A DNA stretch of 64,000 nucleotides from an uncultured Poribacteria bacterium (GCA_951813565.1 OX638351.1:1696001-1760000), one strand, 5' to 3'; shown: positions 37,975-48,752, counted from the first letter of the stretch. The notes: a model not told the origin generated them from the sequence alone. Translations and numbers: made by a program.

Positions 37975-38341
37975 CAGGGTTATTTAGTTTTCTATATTTC
38001 TGACTATTTCTGACGCATTTTATCACATGCATTAATTCTTTATAATAGTATCGTCCGTTGGGTAGAGCGGAGCGAAACCCATAGGTGTCAATTTAGCGTC
38101 CAATCTTTCTTGTGGGAGTGAATCAACGCCAAATGCGCTTTTTGGCATTTGTCGGGTTTTCAACCCCGATTTAACGGCTTGGGTCTCACAAAATCGGGCT
38201 TAGAAAGCCCTCCCACAAGAGAAAACCCAACATTTTTTTCTTAAGTTGACGCTTATGGGTAGAGCGGAGCGAAACCCAACGGACAATATAAACTTTCATT
38301 AACACGCATTAACTGATAATTCTTAAAACTAAATAGCCCTG
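37975..38341. mobile_element. 367-bp composite MITE (CAGGG[C/T]TATTTAGTTTT ends) carrying nested elements
   Basis: TIR CAGGGTTATTTAGTTTT / AAAACTAAATAGCCCTG; 9-bp TSD CATTGAATT at 37966-37974 and 38342-38350; related left ends at ~36437 and 49886. Confidence 0.8.
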
Positions 38342-38445
38342 CATTGAATTTGTTTCACTTGACATCCCCCTCTGAATATGCTAAATTAAACACATAAATT
38401 CAATATGATGGAGACAGACCACGCCAAAAACCAAGGTAAAAACAC

Positions 38446-40338
38446 ATGCCAAAAATCAAAATACTCTCTGCAGATGTGGCGAATAAAATTGCGGCGGGCG
38501 AAGTCGTTGAACGTCCCGCGTCTGTTGTCAAAGAACTCATAGAAAACGCAATAGACGCTGAAAGCACAAGTATCCGCGTTGAAATTCGTGCAGGTGGAAA
38601 ACGACTCATTCGCGTTTCTGATAATGGCAGCGGCATGGAACGTGAAGACGCTCTCCTCGCTTTAGAACGCCACGCAACAAGCAAAGTGAGCCGCATTGAA
38701 GACCTTGAAAATATCCATACCTTCGGATTCCGTGGTGAGGCGTTGGCGAGTATCGCATCTGTATCTCAGTTTGAACTTCTTACCCGTACTGCTGACGCTA
38801 TACAAGGAACAAAAATTAACGTTGATGGTGGCGTTTTTCGTTCTGTTGAAGAGAGTGGATGCTCACCCGGCACCCATATCTCAATAAACAACCTTTTTCA
38901 TAATGTTCCCGCACGTCTCAAGTTTCTCAAAACTGATACAACTGAGGTGCGCCACATTACTAATCAGGTGACGTGGTCCGCTTTAGCGCACCCGACACTA
39001 CACTTTTCGCTATCACACAACGGAAAATCAGTTTTGGATGTCCGTGCCTGCGATTCATATCTGGAACGTGCGCGCCTCTTATATGGCAAAGAATTTGCTG
39101 ATAACCTGATTGAATTTGCTGAAGAACTACCAGATTTTAAGCTTTCTGGTCTGCTTGGAAAACCCGATTTTACCAAACCGAACCGCGAATATCAGCTCTT
39201 TTTTATGAATGAGCGACCAATCCGAAGCCAAATGATTGGGGCAGCACTAAAAGAAGCACTCGGTGCGACAATTCAGAAAGATCGGCATGCTATTGCTTTA
39301 CTTTTCATGACTCTTGAACCCGATACAGTTGACGTCAACGTACATCCCGCCAAAATTGAGGTGCGGTTTCGTAACGAGCGGACGATTTTCAGCGGCATTG
39401 TCAGAATGATTCGTAACGTTATTCACAAAGAGAAGTTTATTCCGAAGATTGAAACGTCTGTAGAGATTGAACCCACATCTACTCAAGAAGTTGAGGTAGA
39501 AAATAAAGCGACCAGTGCACCACAGCAAATATCTACACCGAAATCCCGTCCACAACAGCCTTTTTCCAAAGATAGAACAGTAGGATCTATTGAAACACCA
39601 CAGCAAAAAGATGTCCCAACGGAAAAAGTTGAGTCTGAACCGCTTGATACACAACCCACAGTAGATGAAGATGTAAAGCCTGCCGCTGAAGTTCCTCGAA
39701 CTGTTGTGCAACCCCCTCAACAGCAAATTCCTGAAGGGGCAATGCTCAAACTGCTTGATTTTGACAATGTTGAACTGAAGACGAATCTCTTTAAGACCTA
39801 TATTGTTGCTGAAGGGGAAGATAGAGTCTTCTTTATAGATCAGCACGTCGCCGCAGAACGCGTGCTTTATGAACGTTTTGTGAACCAGATGAAAGCTGAC
39901 GGCATACCCGTGCAAGGGTTATTACTTCCTGTTACACTTGAAGCGACACCGCAACAGATTGCTATCCTCAAAGTCCACGAAAGCCTTTTCAGTAAAATTG
40001 GGTTTGAGTTAGAGGAATTCGGTGCCAACACGATACTAATTCGGGCAATACCATCGTCACTGCCTACCCGAATCGCCTCTCAGACTGTCACCGATCTGCT
40101 TGATAAGCTCTCCGAACAACCGCATACTGAGGTAGAAATCCCAAAAGCAATTGACGATGCTCTGATAACACTTGCTTGTCGTTCTGCTGTTAAAGCAGGG
40201 GATACATTGGACACCAAAGAGATGACTAACCTCATTCGCGAGTTATCCGAGGCTAAACTTCCGTTCAATTGTCCGCATTCACGTCCTATCATCATTGAAA
40301 TGGGACGTGATGAATTGGAACGCCGGTTCCATCGATAA
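38446..40338 (+). CDS. mutL: DNA mismatch repair endonuclease MutL
   Basis: 'IAAGEVVERPASVVKELIENAIDA', 'GFRGEALASI', endonuclease motif 'DQHVAAERV', 'ACRSA', 'CPHSRP'. Confidence 0.96.
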   Translation: MPKIKILSADVANKIAAGEVVERPASVVKELIENAIDAESTSIRVEIRAGGKRLIRVSDNGSGMEREDALLALERHATSKVSRIEDLENIHTFGFRGEALASIASVSQFELLTRTADAIQGTKINVDGGVFRSVEESGCSPGTHISINNLFHNVPARLKFLKTDTTEVRHITNQVTWSALAHPTLHFSLSHNGKSVLDVRACDSYLERARLLYGKEFADNLIEFAEELPDFKLSGLLGKPDFTKPNREYQLFFMNERPIRSQMIGAALKEALGATIQKDRHAIALLFMTLEPDTVDVNVHPAKIEVRFRNERTIFSGIVRMIRNVIHKEKFIPKIETSVEIEPTSTQEVEVENKATSAPQQISTPKSRPQQPFSKDRTVGSIETPQQKDVPTEKVESEPLDTQPTVDEDVKPAAEVPRTVVQPPQQQIPEGAMLKLLDFDNVELKTNLFKTYIVAEGEDRVFFIDQHVAAERVLYERFVNQMKADGIPVQGLLLPVTLEATPQQIAILKVHESLFSKIGFELEEFGANTILIRAIPSSLPTRIASQTVTDLLDKLSEQPHTEVEIPKAIDDALITLACRSAVKAGDTLDTKEMTNLIRELSEAKLPFNCPHSRPIIIEMGRDELERRFHR

Positions 40339-40380
40339 TACCATTTGATGCAATGGTTGGCTTCTTAGGATAAATTTCCC

Positions 40381-40626
40381 ATGAAAATAACCCGTCGATT
40401 TTTCATCACCCTATTTTTAACTTTTACCATATTTCTACCTAACGTATTTGCTCAAGATTACACTACATTGAGTTTGCCTGACGGTGCAATAGCACGTCTC
40501 AGCAAAGGTGAAATCACTGGGAACATCGCTTTCTCTCCAGATGGGAACACTATCGCTACTGGATGGAAGGATAACACGGCACGATTGTGGGACGCAATCA
40601 CAGGACAGCCCAAAGCTACCTTATAG
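40381..40626 (+). pseudogene. Truncated secreted WD40 protein remnant
   Basis: Signal peptide, '[14 protein letters not shown]' and one WD repeat, then a stop; a repeat block follows. Confidence 0.6.
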
Positions 40627-40999
40627 TAAATTATACGACTTGTGCCAGTTAACATTTTGTTTTGTTGGTTTTCACATATATTTGCATTTGTGCTATAAAC
40701 ATATCGTCCCTACCAAATCAACGCCAAATACACGTTTGGTATTCAGCCAAATCAACGCAGCATGCGCGTATGGCATGCTGCGGGTATGAATGCCATTTAG
40801 GCATTCCCCGTATGGCATTCACCGCCTACTGGTCAATGTCCGAGGCGCAATGAATTGCGCGACTACAAACACATCAAACCTATAAAGAACTGTCCAGGTA
40901 ATTTTAGATTTCACTATAAATGAAATTATACAAGGGTAATCTCGTTCTATCGTTGCGATAAAACAAGATTACCCTGTAGGTTTAATCGGACAAGTCAAT

Positions 41000-42883
41000 C
41001 TAAAACACCCAAACCGCCATTTGTCCTGCTTCACGGTTGCACCACGCATAATACGGAATGGCAGTAATATCCATCCGTTGCAAACTCGGTTTCGGATGGT
41101 AGAGACTATTTTCCCATTCAGAAGCATCAAACACTGTGCCAGTGCTACGGATTAGCGTAATACCGCCGAGGAGTTCACTGTTAAATACGGCTTCAACTGC
41201 CGCGTCATCAATAAGCGATAGCGTCTCAAAAGCACCATCAGGATTGTCTACATCCTCAAAACAGTAAACCAACGGGCCGCGACGTAATGCTGACCGTCCG
41301 AGATTATCTCTCACATAAGGATGTGCATAAATTCGTGCGACAGGCATATCCAAGTTCAATTCCACCGTGTCGTTGGCATGCCACTGTCTAACAATTGAAA
41401 GGTAGCCGTTTGACGTAGCCTTACCACTGTGAGATTCTCCGTTGATGTTCACTTTAAAATTGTTACACCAACTCGGTATCCGTAAATTCAATGCAAACTT
41501 TGCAGGTTTTTCTGGGTCTACTGTTATTCTCACATCTCCCGACCACGGATAGTCGGTTTCTTGTGTTAATTGCAGAGAAACATCTCCTGCTACTGTAGCG
41601 GAAGCGGTGCCGCCAACATAAAGATTAACCCATAAGTCATTTTCAGATTGTGCATAAATGTACTGTCCCAGAGAACCGAGTAGGCGCGCGATATTCGGAG
41701 GACAACACGCACACCCGAACCAAGCATGTCGATGTCTTTCACCACGGCTTGCCAAGGGATTCTGATAGAAGAAGCCTGTGCCATCAAGCGAAATTCCTGA
41801 GAGGGCACCGTTATAAAGGGCTGTCTCCAATACATCAATAAAACGCGACTCGCCTTTCAGCAGAAACATCCGATGTGCCCAAAATATCAATCCAATTGAT
41901 GCACACGTCTCAGCATAAGCGGAGAAATTGGGCAATTCATAATCTTGTGTAAAGCCTTCATTGTGTCCAGACGGGCCTACACCACCGGTAACGTACAGGC
42001 GTTTTTCTACATTCTCCCAAAGTGCGCCAAGGGCGTTTGAAATGTCGGTATCACCTGTTTCAAGCGCAATATCAGCCGCACCAGCATAAAGATACATTGC
42101 CCGTACTGCATGACCGACACATTCAGTCTGCTCTTTTAATGGTTTATGTGCTTGCGAATACGTGCCTTCATATTTTTCATCCCGTGTGTAGTGATGCTGG
42201 TATGCTCCGAGACCACCCGGTAAATCGGGATTTTCTAATTCCTTCTCAAAAACATGGGGAGAATGTCCGCGCTTTGTAACAAAGTATTCCGCGAGAGACA
42301 TGTAACGCGCTTCACCTGTCACACGAGCCAGTTTCACTAATGCAAGCTCAATTCCTTGATGACCGGGCAAACCGTCTCTTTTACCATGTCCAAAAGTGTT
42401 ATCAATCAGATCCGCGAATCGACACGCAACGTCAAGCAGCTTCTGTTTCCCGGTTGCTTGATAATGGGCAACACCCGCTTCAAACAGATGCCCAGCACAA
42501 TATAACTCGTGCATCATACCGAGATTTTGCCATCTCTTTTGCGGTTCAACCAGTGTAAAATAGGAATTCAGATAACCGTCTGCTTGTTGGCTCTTGGCAA
42601 TTGTATCAATAACTTCGTCCAGTTCTGCTTCCCACTCCGGATTAGGATGTGTCTTTAGTGTATAAGATGCTGCTTCCACTAATTTATGGACATCTGAATC
42701 GTTAAAAAAGATGCCTTCAAAGTTACCTTCCATCAAGCCAGCAGCTTTTGCAAAGTTATTAATCCTGCCAGTTGTTCGGCACTGCTCAAGTTCATGCGGT
42801 ATCGTTTTCTCTGAGTTCGTTGTTTGCCGAGGCGACCAGAAACGATCTTTAATAGTAACATCTGTAAAAGGTAGTGCTTTCAA
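41000..42883 (-). CDS. Glycoside hydrolase family 127 (beta-L-arabinofuranosidase-like)
   Basis: 'HELYCAGHLFEA', 'GHAVRAMYL', 'YAETCASIG', 'CACCPPN', 'IPYYAWCNR'. Confidence 0.9.
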   Translation of the reverse strand: MKALPFTDVTIKDRFWSPRQTTNSEKTIPHELEQCRTTGRINNFAKAAGLMEGNFEGIFFNDSDVHKLVEAASYTLKTHPNPEWEAELDEVIDTIAKSQQADGYLNSYFTLVEPQKRWQNLGMMHELYCAGHLFEAGVAHYQATGKQKLLDVACRFADLIDNTFGHGKRDGLPGHQGIELALVKLARVTGEARYMSLAEYFVTKRGHSPHVFEKELENPDLPGGLGAYQHHYTRDEKYEGTYSQAHKPLKEQTECVGHAVRAMYLYAGAADIALETGDTDISNALGALWENVEKRLYVTGGVGPSGHNEGFTQDYELPNFSAYAETCASIGLIFWAHRMFLLKGESRFIDVLETALYNGALSGISLDGTGFFYQNPLASRGERHRHAWFGCACCPPNIARLLGSLGQYIYAQSENDLWVNLYVGGTASATVAGDVSLQLTQETDYPWSGDVRITVDPEKPAKFALNLRIPSWCNNFKVNINGESHSGKATSNGYLSIVRQWHANDTVELNLDMPVARIYAHPYVRDNLGRSALRRGPLVYCFEDVDNPDGAFETLSLIDDAAVEAVFNSELLGGITLIRSTGTVFDASEWENSLYHPKPSLQRMDITAIPYYAWCNREAGQMAVWVF

Positions 42884-43422
42884 AGTTTTATCCTTCTTGT
42901 TTATGGTGAAATAAAAATAAGTTAGTTTGACCTAAGCACATATTTGGAAATCCTACACATTTTCCGACAGGCAGCCTTTTATTGCTGGGTTTTGCTATAT
43001 CTATTTGATGAATGTGTCATTGAAAAGCAGCCTTTTCTTGGCAGGTTGAAGAGTTCTTGTTCCTCACCGCTCTACCCAACCTACGAGACTGTAAAATCCA
43101 AATCAATGATAAATGCGCCAAATCAAGAAATCAACGGTATGAATCATGGCGAATCATGTAGAATACCAAAAGCGTATTCTACCAAGCGCATTCGTCTTTA
43201 GTCATTCACCGGGTCCGAATGCCATTTAGGCATTCCCCGTATGGCATTCATCGGGTTTTCAATCCCGCTTACCTGTTTGAATCTCACAAAATCGGGCTTA
43301 TAAAGCCCTCCCACAAGAGATAATCTGGTAATTATGTGCTTAAATTGACACCCATGGTTTCGCTACGTTCTACCCAACCTACGGACTTGGGTGCCTCACC
43401 CTAAAATTGCGTAAATGTGGTA

Positions 43423-44112
43423 TTAGCGGCTTCTCATGCTAATTTGTTGGAACGTTTCTGGAGGTAAATATTCCCCTAACACTTTCTGAACGTCTGTTTC
43501 CGTGAGTTTTCGCGGTGTGATTAGAACACATTTGTTCCGAGAATTTTTCTTCCAAGATGCCTCAAAATCCTTGTAGGCTAATCTGCGCTTGGTGAGATTG
43601 ATAGGATCTTGAAGAGATACCATGCTTGATTGATCGTTGTATTCGGACAACGGCAAAATCTCTGGAGTTCGTCCTTCAAACGCAACCATTACAATAGGAG
43701 TCCATCCTTTTGCAATAAATGCCTTCAGTACATCAAAGGAACAGTTGGCGATTACAGCGCTATGCCGCACTGTCCTACGCGTCGTCGTGTGAAAATCATC
43801 AAGTGCACTTCTGCTACCAACGCTCGAACGTCGTTTGAAAGCATTCTTAATGTAAGGTAGCTTCTGCAAATCGACAGCAGCAACTTCCGGTAAATTCGCT
43901 GCGCTTTGGGGTGATTTTATTGTCGTCGTCTCTTCAGCGGTGGCGTTTATCGTTTCGGGGTTGTCGGATTGTTCTTTAAGAAGTGCGGGGCCACAACTAA
44001 TTGCCAGAAGTGCCAAAAAAAGCACTACAACACAAGCACTTGTAATTGAATATGAAGAACCACTCAATAATATCTGACGAACTTCCTTTATAATAGACAT
44101 TTGGCGTTTCAT
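43423..44112 (-). CDS. Hypothetical lipoprotein; C-terminus resembles a degenerate peptidase C39-like fold
   Basis: AAGGAGG RBS before ATG 44112; lipobox-like 'AISC'; 'LKAFIAKGWTPIV...LQDP...YKDFEASW'. Confidence 0.6.
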   Translation of the reverse strand: MKRQMSIIKEVRQILLSGSSYSITSACVVVLFLALLAISCGPALLKEQSDNPETINATAEETTTIKSPQSAANLPEVAAVDLQKLPYIKNAFKRRSSVGSRSALDDFHTTTRRTVRHSAVIANCSFDVLKAFIAKGWTPIVMVAFEGRTPEILPLSEYNDQSSMVSLQDPINLTKRRLAYKDFEASWKKNSRNKCVLITPRKLTETDVQKVLGEYLPPETFQQISMRSR

Positions 44113-44157
44113 GGTTTCGTTCCTCCTTGCCATGTAGAATGATTTATATGTAGTTTA

Positions 44158-45177
44158 TTAGTCGATTTTAACTGCTACTTCACGTTTTTCCTTGCACGAT
44201 TCCACGATGGCTTCTGTTATCCGCATCGCTTGCAAACCGTCTCGTCCTGTCGGTTCAGGTAGGCGATCATTAAGTAGATCATCCACTAACGCTGCTATGC
44301 GCAGCGCAAAAGTACCATCAAATGCAAGTTGCTCCATTCGAAAAATTGATGGACGGTATTCCTCAACAACCTGATTATCACGTTTCATGAGCGTTGCTCG
44401 ACTTAGGACGTTATCAACGACAATCTCACCCGCAGCACCGCAAATTTCCATGCGTTCAATCGGATGAATAAAATCGCTATCCCAACTCGCCAACAAGGTA
44501 GCGACTATCTCTGTCTCATATCGCACTGAAATTGCCATGCTTGTATAGCATGCGTCCTCACCTTCGCGCGCTTCATGTTTTCTCGGTTTTGCCATCTCAG
44601 CACATACAGCAACAATCTCGCCGCCGAACCACCGCAGCAGGTCAAGGGCGTGGGTTTGTAACTCGTAGAGTAGGTAATACTCACCTTTCCATGTGGAGGC
44701 GGGTCCCCCTTGTGACAATTTCATATCCAGATAATAGGTCTGTCCGATTGCACCAGCGTCAAACCACTTCCTTGCCTGCACATAACCGGGTGCGAATCGG
44801 CGATTATAGTCTATCGCGAGGTGCACCCCTTTCTCTTCCGCTTTTGCCACCATCTGTTCTGCTTCGTCAATATCCAGTGATAGCGGTTTTTCAGAAATAA
44901 CATGTTTTCCAGCATCAAGACATTCCATCACAGGTTCAAAGTGTAAATGGTCGGCAGTTACTACGTCAACGAGGTCACACTCTTCATTCGTAAGCATTTC
45001 TTTAATAGACGGATACCACTTGGCAATACCGAGTTCTTCAGCACGGGCTTGTGCTTTGGCAGCATCAATATCGCACACTGCCACCAATTCTGCCCCTTGA
45101 TGTTGGAGATATCCTCGTTGGTGTAGTAACCCGATTCCCCCGCAACCGACTGCTGCAACTTTCAGCTTTCCAGCCAT
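44158..45177 (-). CDS. Gfo/Idh/MocA family oxidoreductase
   Basis: 'VGCGGIG', 'HVISEKPL', 'NRRFAP'; AAGGAG RBS before ATG 45177. Confidence 0.9.
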   Translation of the reverse strand: MAGKLKVAAVGCGGIGLLHQRGYLQHQGAELVAVCDIDAAKAQARAEELGIAKWYPSIKEMLTNEECDLVDVVTADHLHFEPVMECLDAGKHVISEKPLSLDIDEAEQMVAKAEEKGVHLAIDYNRRFAPGYVQARKWFDAGAIGQTYYLDMKLSQGGPASTWKGEYYLLYELQTHALDLLRWFGGEIVAVCAEMAKPRKHEAREGEDACYTSMAISVRYETEIVATLLASWDSDFIHPIERMEICGAAGEIVVDNVLSRATLMKRDNQVVEEYRPSIFRMEQLAFDGTFALRIAALVDDLLNDRLPEPTGRDGLQAMRITEAIVESCKEKREVAVKID

Positions 45178-45282
45178 GATCGTGTTCTCCTTGTAATATA
45201 CGGATACAAGTATCAACCCACCTCATTATATTCAATAATAATAAACGATACACAAAAAAATAGCAAGAGAGAATTGTTATAT

Positions 45283-45439
45283 GGGTGTGTAAAGTTTTTG
45301 TAGAAATCCGCACAACTCGTATTGTAGGGGCGGGTCTCCGGGGAATGCCTTTTGGCATTCCCCGGGACCCCGCCCTACAGTGGAAAACGCCGCGTAATCA
45401 TTGTAAATTGAACCTATGTAACCAAATATTTACACACCC
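45283..45439. mobile_element. 157-bp MITE with IS256-like ends carrying a REP hairpin
   Basis: Same TIRs as 37872..37966; TSD TTGTTATAT at 45274-45282 and 45440-45448. Confidence 0.82.
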
Positions 45440-45549
45440 TTGTTATATCTTACTACAAAAAATTTGACATACAACACAGTCTATGGTAAGGTATTAAGAA
45501 TAAAATTTCTGTAAGGGCCAATTCGCTAAATTATAGTAAGGACGTCAAT

Positions 45550-48237
45550 ATGCCACGGACAAAACAGACAGAACTTTCCATGATGGAACTCTACAAACAG
45601 GTAAAAAAACAGCATGAAGATGCCATTCTTCTTTGTCGGGTCGGTGATTTCTATGAAGCTTTCTATGAAGACGCTGAGTTAATATCTCGCCTACTTGAGA
45701 TTGCCCTGACATCCAGAAGCCATAAAAACCAAAAAACACCACCGCCACCAATGGCTGGAATCCCGCATCACGCACTTGATTCCTATCTTTATAAATTAGT
45801 TACCGCTGGGCACAAAGTCGCAATTTTGGATCAGACTGAGGATGCGAAAGTTGCGCGTGATGAAAATCGTCTTGTTAAACGCGATGTTGTCCGAATTGTT
45901 ACCCCCGGCACTGTCACTGACCCAAAAGCACTTGAGCATAAGACAAACAATTATCTTATCTCAATCTATCATCAAAAAGAGACTTATGGCATTGCAGTTG
46001 CGGATCTCTCTACTGGAGAATTTCAGGTAACTGAACTCACGGATTTTTCGAAACTCTGGGCAGAGATACACCGATTTTCACCAAAAGAATGTCTTTTTTC
46101 AGAGTCTTTTGAAGATAAAAAAATGTTTGAGCAGCTCAAGGTTGAACTGAAAGCAGTGGTCAATTTTTTGCCTGATTGGCGTTTTGACTTTGATACTGCT
46201 CGAACCGAACTCCTTGAACATTTTCGAACGATTTCGCTTGATGGGTTCGGATGCGAACATCTTCCTACTGCTATCTGCGCCGCTGGTGCACTCATCTATT
46301 ATCTCCATGAAACGCAGAAGCAGGAAGTCGAACATATTCTCTCTCTTCATACCTACACCCTCTCAGATTTTATGGTACTGGATGCGGATACGCAGCGTAA
46401 TCTTGAATTAACAGCTTCTATTCGCGATGGTTCTACAAAAGGTACGTTACTTGAAGTGCTTGATCAAACAGTTACTTCTATGGGAGGACGAAAGCTGCGG
46501 CAGTGCTTGTTGCAGCCGTTGTTAGATGAGAACGCAATTAAAGAACGTCTCAACGCAGTTGACGAACTTAAGACACAGATTAATCAACAAGAGGAATTGC
46601 GGGAAGCACTTGAGCAGATGTCCGATATAGAGCGTCTCATTACCCGCATCAGTCTCGGTTCAGTAAATGGGCGCGATCTACATTCACTCAAGGATTCCCT
46701 TCGTCTTATACCTTCTGTTAAGGAACAACTTCAAAATTGTCAAACATCACTTTTAACCTCTCTGAATACAGAATTAAATCCCATGACAACGTTAGCGGAA
46801 TTGATTGAACATGGGATTCATCCAAACCCGCCTGCGACAATTCGTGAGGGGAGTGTGATTAGCGATGGTTATAATGCTGAACTGGATGAACTTCGACAAA
46901 TTGTGGGACAAGGCAGAGAATGGATGGCTCAGCTGCAAGAAGAGGAACGAAAGCGGAGCGGGATCACATCACTTAAGGTTGGCTTTAACCAGGTTTTCGG
47001 TTACTATATTGAGGTGACGAAACCGAATCTCAACATGGTGCCTGAGCACTATATCCGTAAACAGACCTTGCGAAACTCCGAACGGTTTATCACACCTGAA
47101 CTAAAAGAACAGGAAGCAAAAGTTTTGAACGCGGAAGATCGGATACAAACGCTTGAATATGAACTTTTCTGTGAAATTCGGGACGAGGTGGCGAAATCTA
47201 CAGAGGAAATTCAGAAAATATCAGCAGTTATAGCGATGGTTGATGTCATCGCGAACTTTGCATATTGCGCATCAAAATACAACTATGTGAAACCTACTGT
47301 GGAGAACAGTGAGGAGATTATTATCCGCGATGGTCGGCATCCGGTAGTAGAACAGATATTCACGCAAGAAGGCTTTGTACCTAACGATACGATGCTTAAC
47401 TGTGATGACGAACAACTCCACATCATCACGGGACCTAATATGAGCGGTAAAAGTACCTATTTGCGTCAGACCGCACTGATTACCTTGATGTCACAGATAG
47501 GGTGTTTTGTGCCAGCATCTGCAGCCAAAATTGGATTGGTAGACAGGATTTTCACGCGGGTCGGTGCATCGGACAATCTCGTGATGGGACAGAGTACTTT
47601 CCTTGTAGAGATGAATGAAACTGCGAATATCCTCAACAATGCGACTCGTAAGAGTCTCGTTATTTTGGATGAAGTTGGACGCGGCACGAGTACATTTGAT
47701 GGTCTTAGTATTGCGTGGGCAGTTTCAGAGTATCTGTTAGATGAGAAAAAAATGGGTGCTAAAACGCTTTTTGCAACGCATTACCATGAGTTAGTAGAAC
47801 TTGCAAGTAAGTACAAACGCGCGAAAAACTACAATGTTGCTGTCCATGAAGATGGAGAAAAGGTGACGTTCCTACGAAAAGTTGTACCCGGTGGTGCCGA
47901 CCAGAGTTATGGGATTCATGTCGCTCGACTTGCGGGTTTACCGCACGCTGTGATTTCGCGTGCACAGCAAATTCTTGAAGTTCTTGAGCAACACAATTTA
48001 AGTGTTGAAGCAGATAGTGCAGCAGAAAAACCGCAGAAAACAACCCAGAAAATGCCGCGTCCAAAACGCCGTGTTACTCGAAAAACGCTACAGAAGGATT
48101 CGCTTCAGATGGCACTGTTCACTCCTAAAACACACCCGCTTGTGGAAGAGATCCGACAGATGGAACTTTCCCAAATGACACCTTTAGATGCAGTGAACAT
48201 CCTTTATGATTTAAAAGCGAAGGCAGAAGAATCTTGA
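45550..48237 (+). CDS. mutS: DNA mismatch repair protein MutS
   Basis: 'RVGDFYEAF', 'RIVTPGT', 'ITGPNMSGKSTYLRQ', 'STFLVEM', 'DEVGRGTST', 'ATHYHEL', 'SYGIHVARLAG'. Confidence 0.97.
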   Translation: MPRTKQTELSMMELYKQVKKQHEDAILLCRVGDFYEAFYEDAELISRLLEIALTSRSHKNQKTPPPPMAGIPHHALDSYLYKLVTAGHKVAILDQTEDAKVARDENRLVKRDVVRIVTPGTVTDPKALEHKTNNYLISIYHQKETYGIAVADLSTGEFQVTELTDFSKLWAEIHRFSPKECLFSESFEDKKMFEQLKVELKAVVNFLPDWRFDFDTARTELLEHFRTISLDGFGCEHLPTAICAAGALIYYLHETQKQEVEHILSLHTYTLSDFMVLDADTQRNLELTASIRDGSTKGTLLEVLDQTVTSMGGRKLRQCLLQPLLDENAIKERLNAVDELKTQINQQEELREALEQMSDIERLITRISLGSVNGRDLHSLKDSLRLIPSVKEQLQNCQTSLLTSLNTELNPMTTLAELIEHGIHPNPPATIREGSVISDGYNAELDELRQIVGQGREWMAQLQEEERKRSGITSLKVGFNQVFGYYIEVTKPNLNMVPEHYIRKQTLRNSERFITPELKEQEAKVLNAEDRIQTLEYELFCEIRDEVAKSTEEIQKISAVIAMVDVIANFAYCASKYNYVKPTVENSEEIIIRDGRHPVVEQIFTQEGFVPNDTMLNCDDEQLHIITGPNMSGKSTYLRQTALITLMSQIGCFVPASAAKIGLVDRIFTRVGASDNLVMGQSTFLVEMNETANILNNATRKSLVILDEVGRGTSTFDGLSIAWAVSEYLLDEKKMGAKTLFATHYHELVELASKYKRAKNYNVAVHEDGEKVTFLRKVVPGGADQSYGIHVARLAGLPHAVISRAQQILEVLEQHNLSVEADSAAEKPQKTTQKMPRPKRRVTRKTLQKDSLQMALFTPKTHPLVEEIRQMELSQMTPLDAVNILYDLKAKAEES

Positions 48238-48359
48238 TTTATTTTTTGGTGTCGTAGGTATAGAATCTGTTTCTGTAGGTTGGGTAGAGCGTAATGAAAC
48301 CCAACACATGATTACACCGAGAGTGTTTTACATGTTGGGTTTCGCGACATTTATCTATA

Positions 48360-48681
48360 TAACCTAACGGGAGTTTGATAATTAACTGGACAGGCAAAAA
48401 TTGAACAGAGAACGGGCATATTTGCTGAAAAAATCGTTATTTTGGTGTTTTTAACCCCTAAATCCCCCTTATCAGAGGACTTTAAGAGGAAATGTAGAAA
48501 TCCTAACTATTTATCAAACTCACGTTAACCTAAGTTGCTACGGACAAGATTTCAAGCTTGTAGACATTGCTTTTTACTGAAAAACAAGGATTTCCAGCTA
48601 ATTCTTATGCTTTCTTTTCTAAATCGGGGTTAGAAACCCCTCCTACAAGAGCATTCGCGATATAGGTAGCAACTTGGGTTA
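48360..48681. mobile_element. MITE (TAACCTAAGTTGCTAC ends) with a second MITE (48366-48526) inserted in its left TIR
   Basis: Inner AACGGGAGTTTGATAA / TTATCAAACTCACGTT with AACCT duplication; the outer element is a near-identical inverted copy of 52990-53145. Confidence 0.78.
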
Positions 48682-48752
48682 TATAAATGGCCATTGAAAC
48701 TTGATCTCTTACAACTCAGTCCAACCTACGACTACTACAGAAAATCTTGACG

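Noticed and set aside
39298..39915. 205-aa antisense ORF
   Set aside because: Shadow of mutL, with biased composition and no motifs
42944..43201. 85-aa ORF and similar short ORFs at 40508-40853, 45285-45467 and 51364-51695
   Set aside because: They run through REP/MITE sequence or overlap real genes and show no protein-like features
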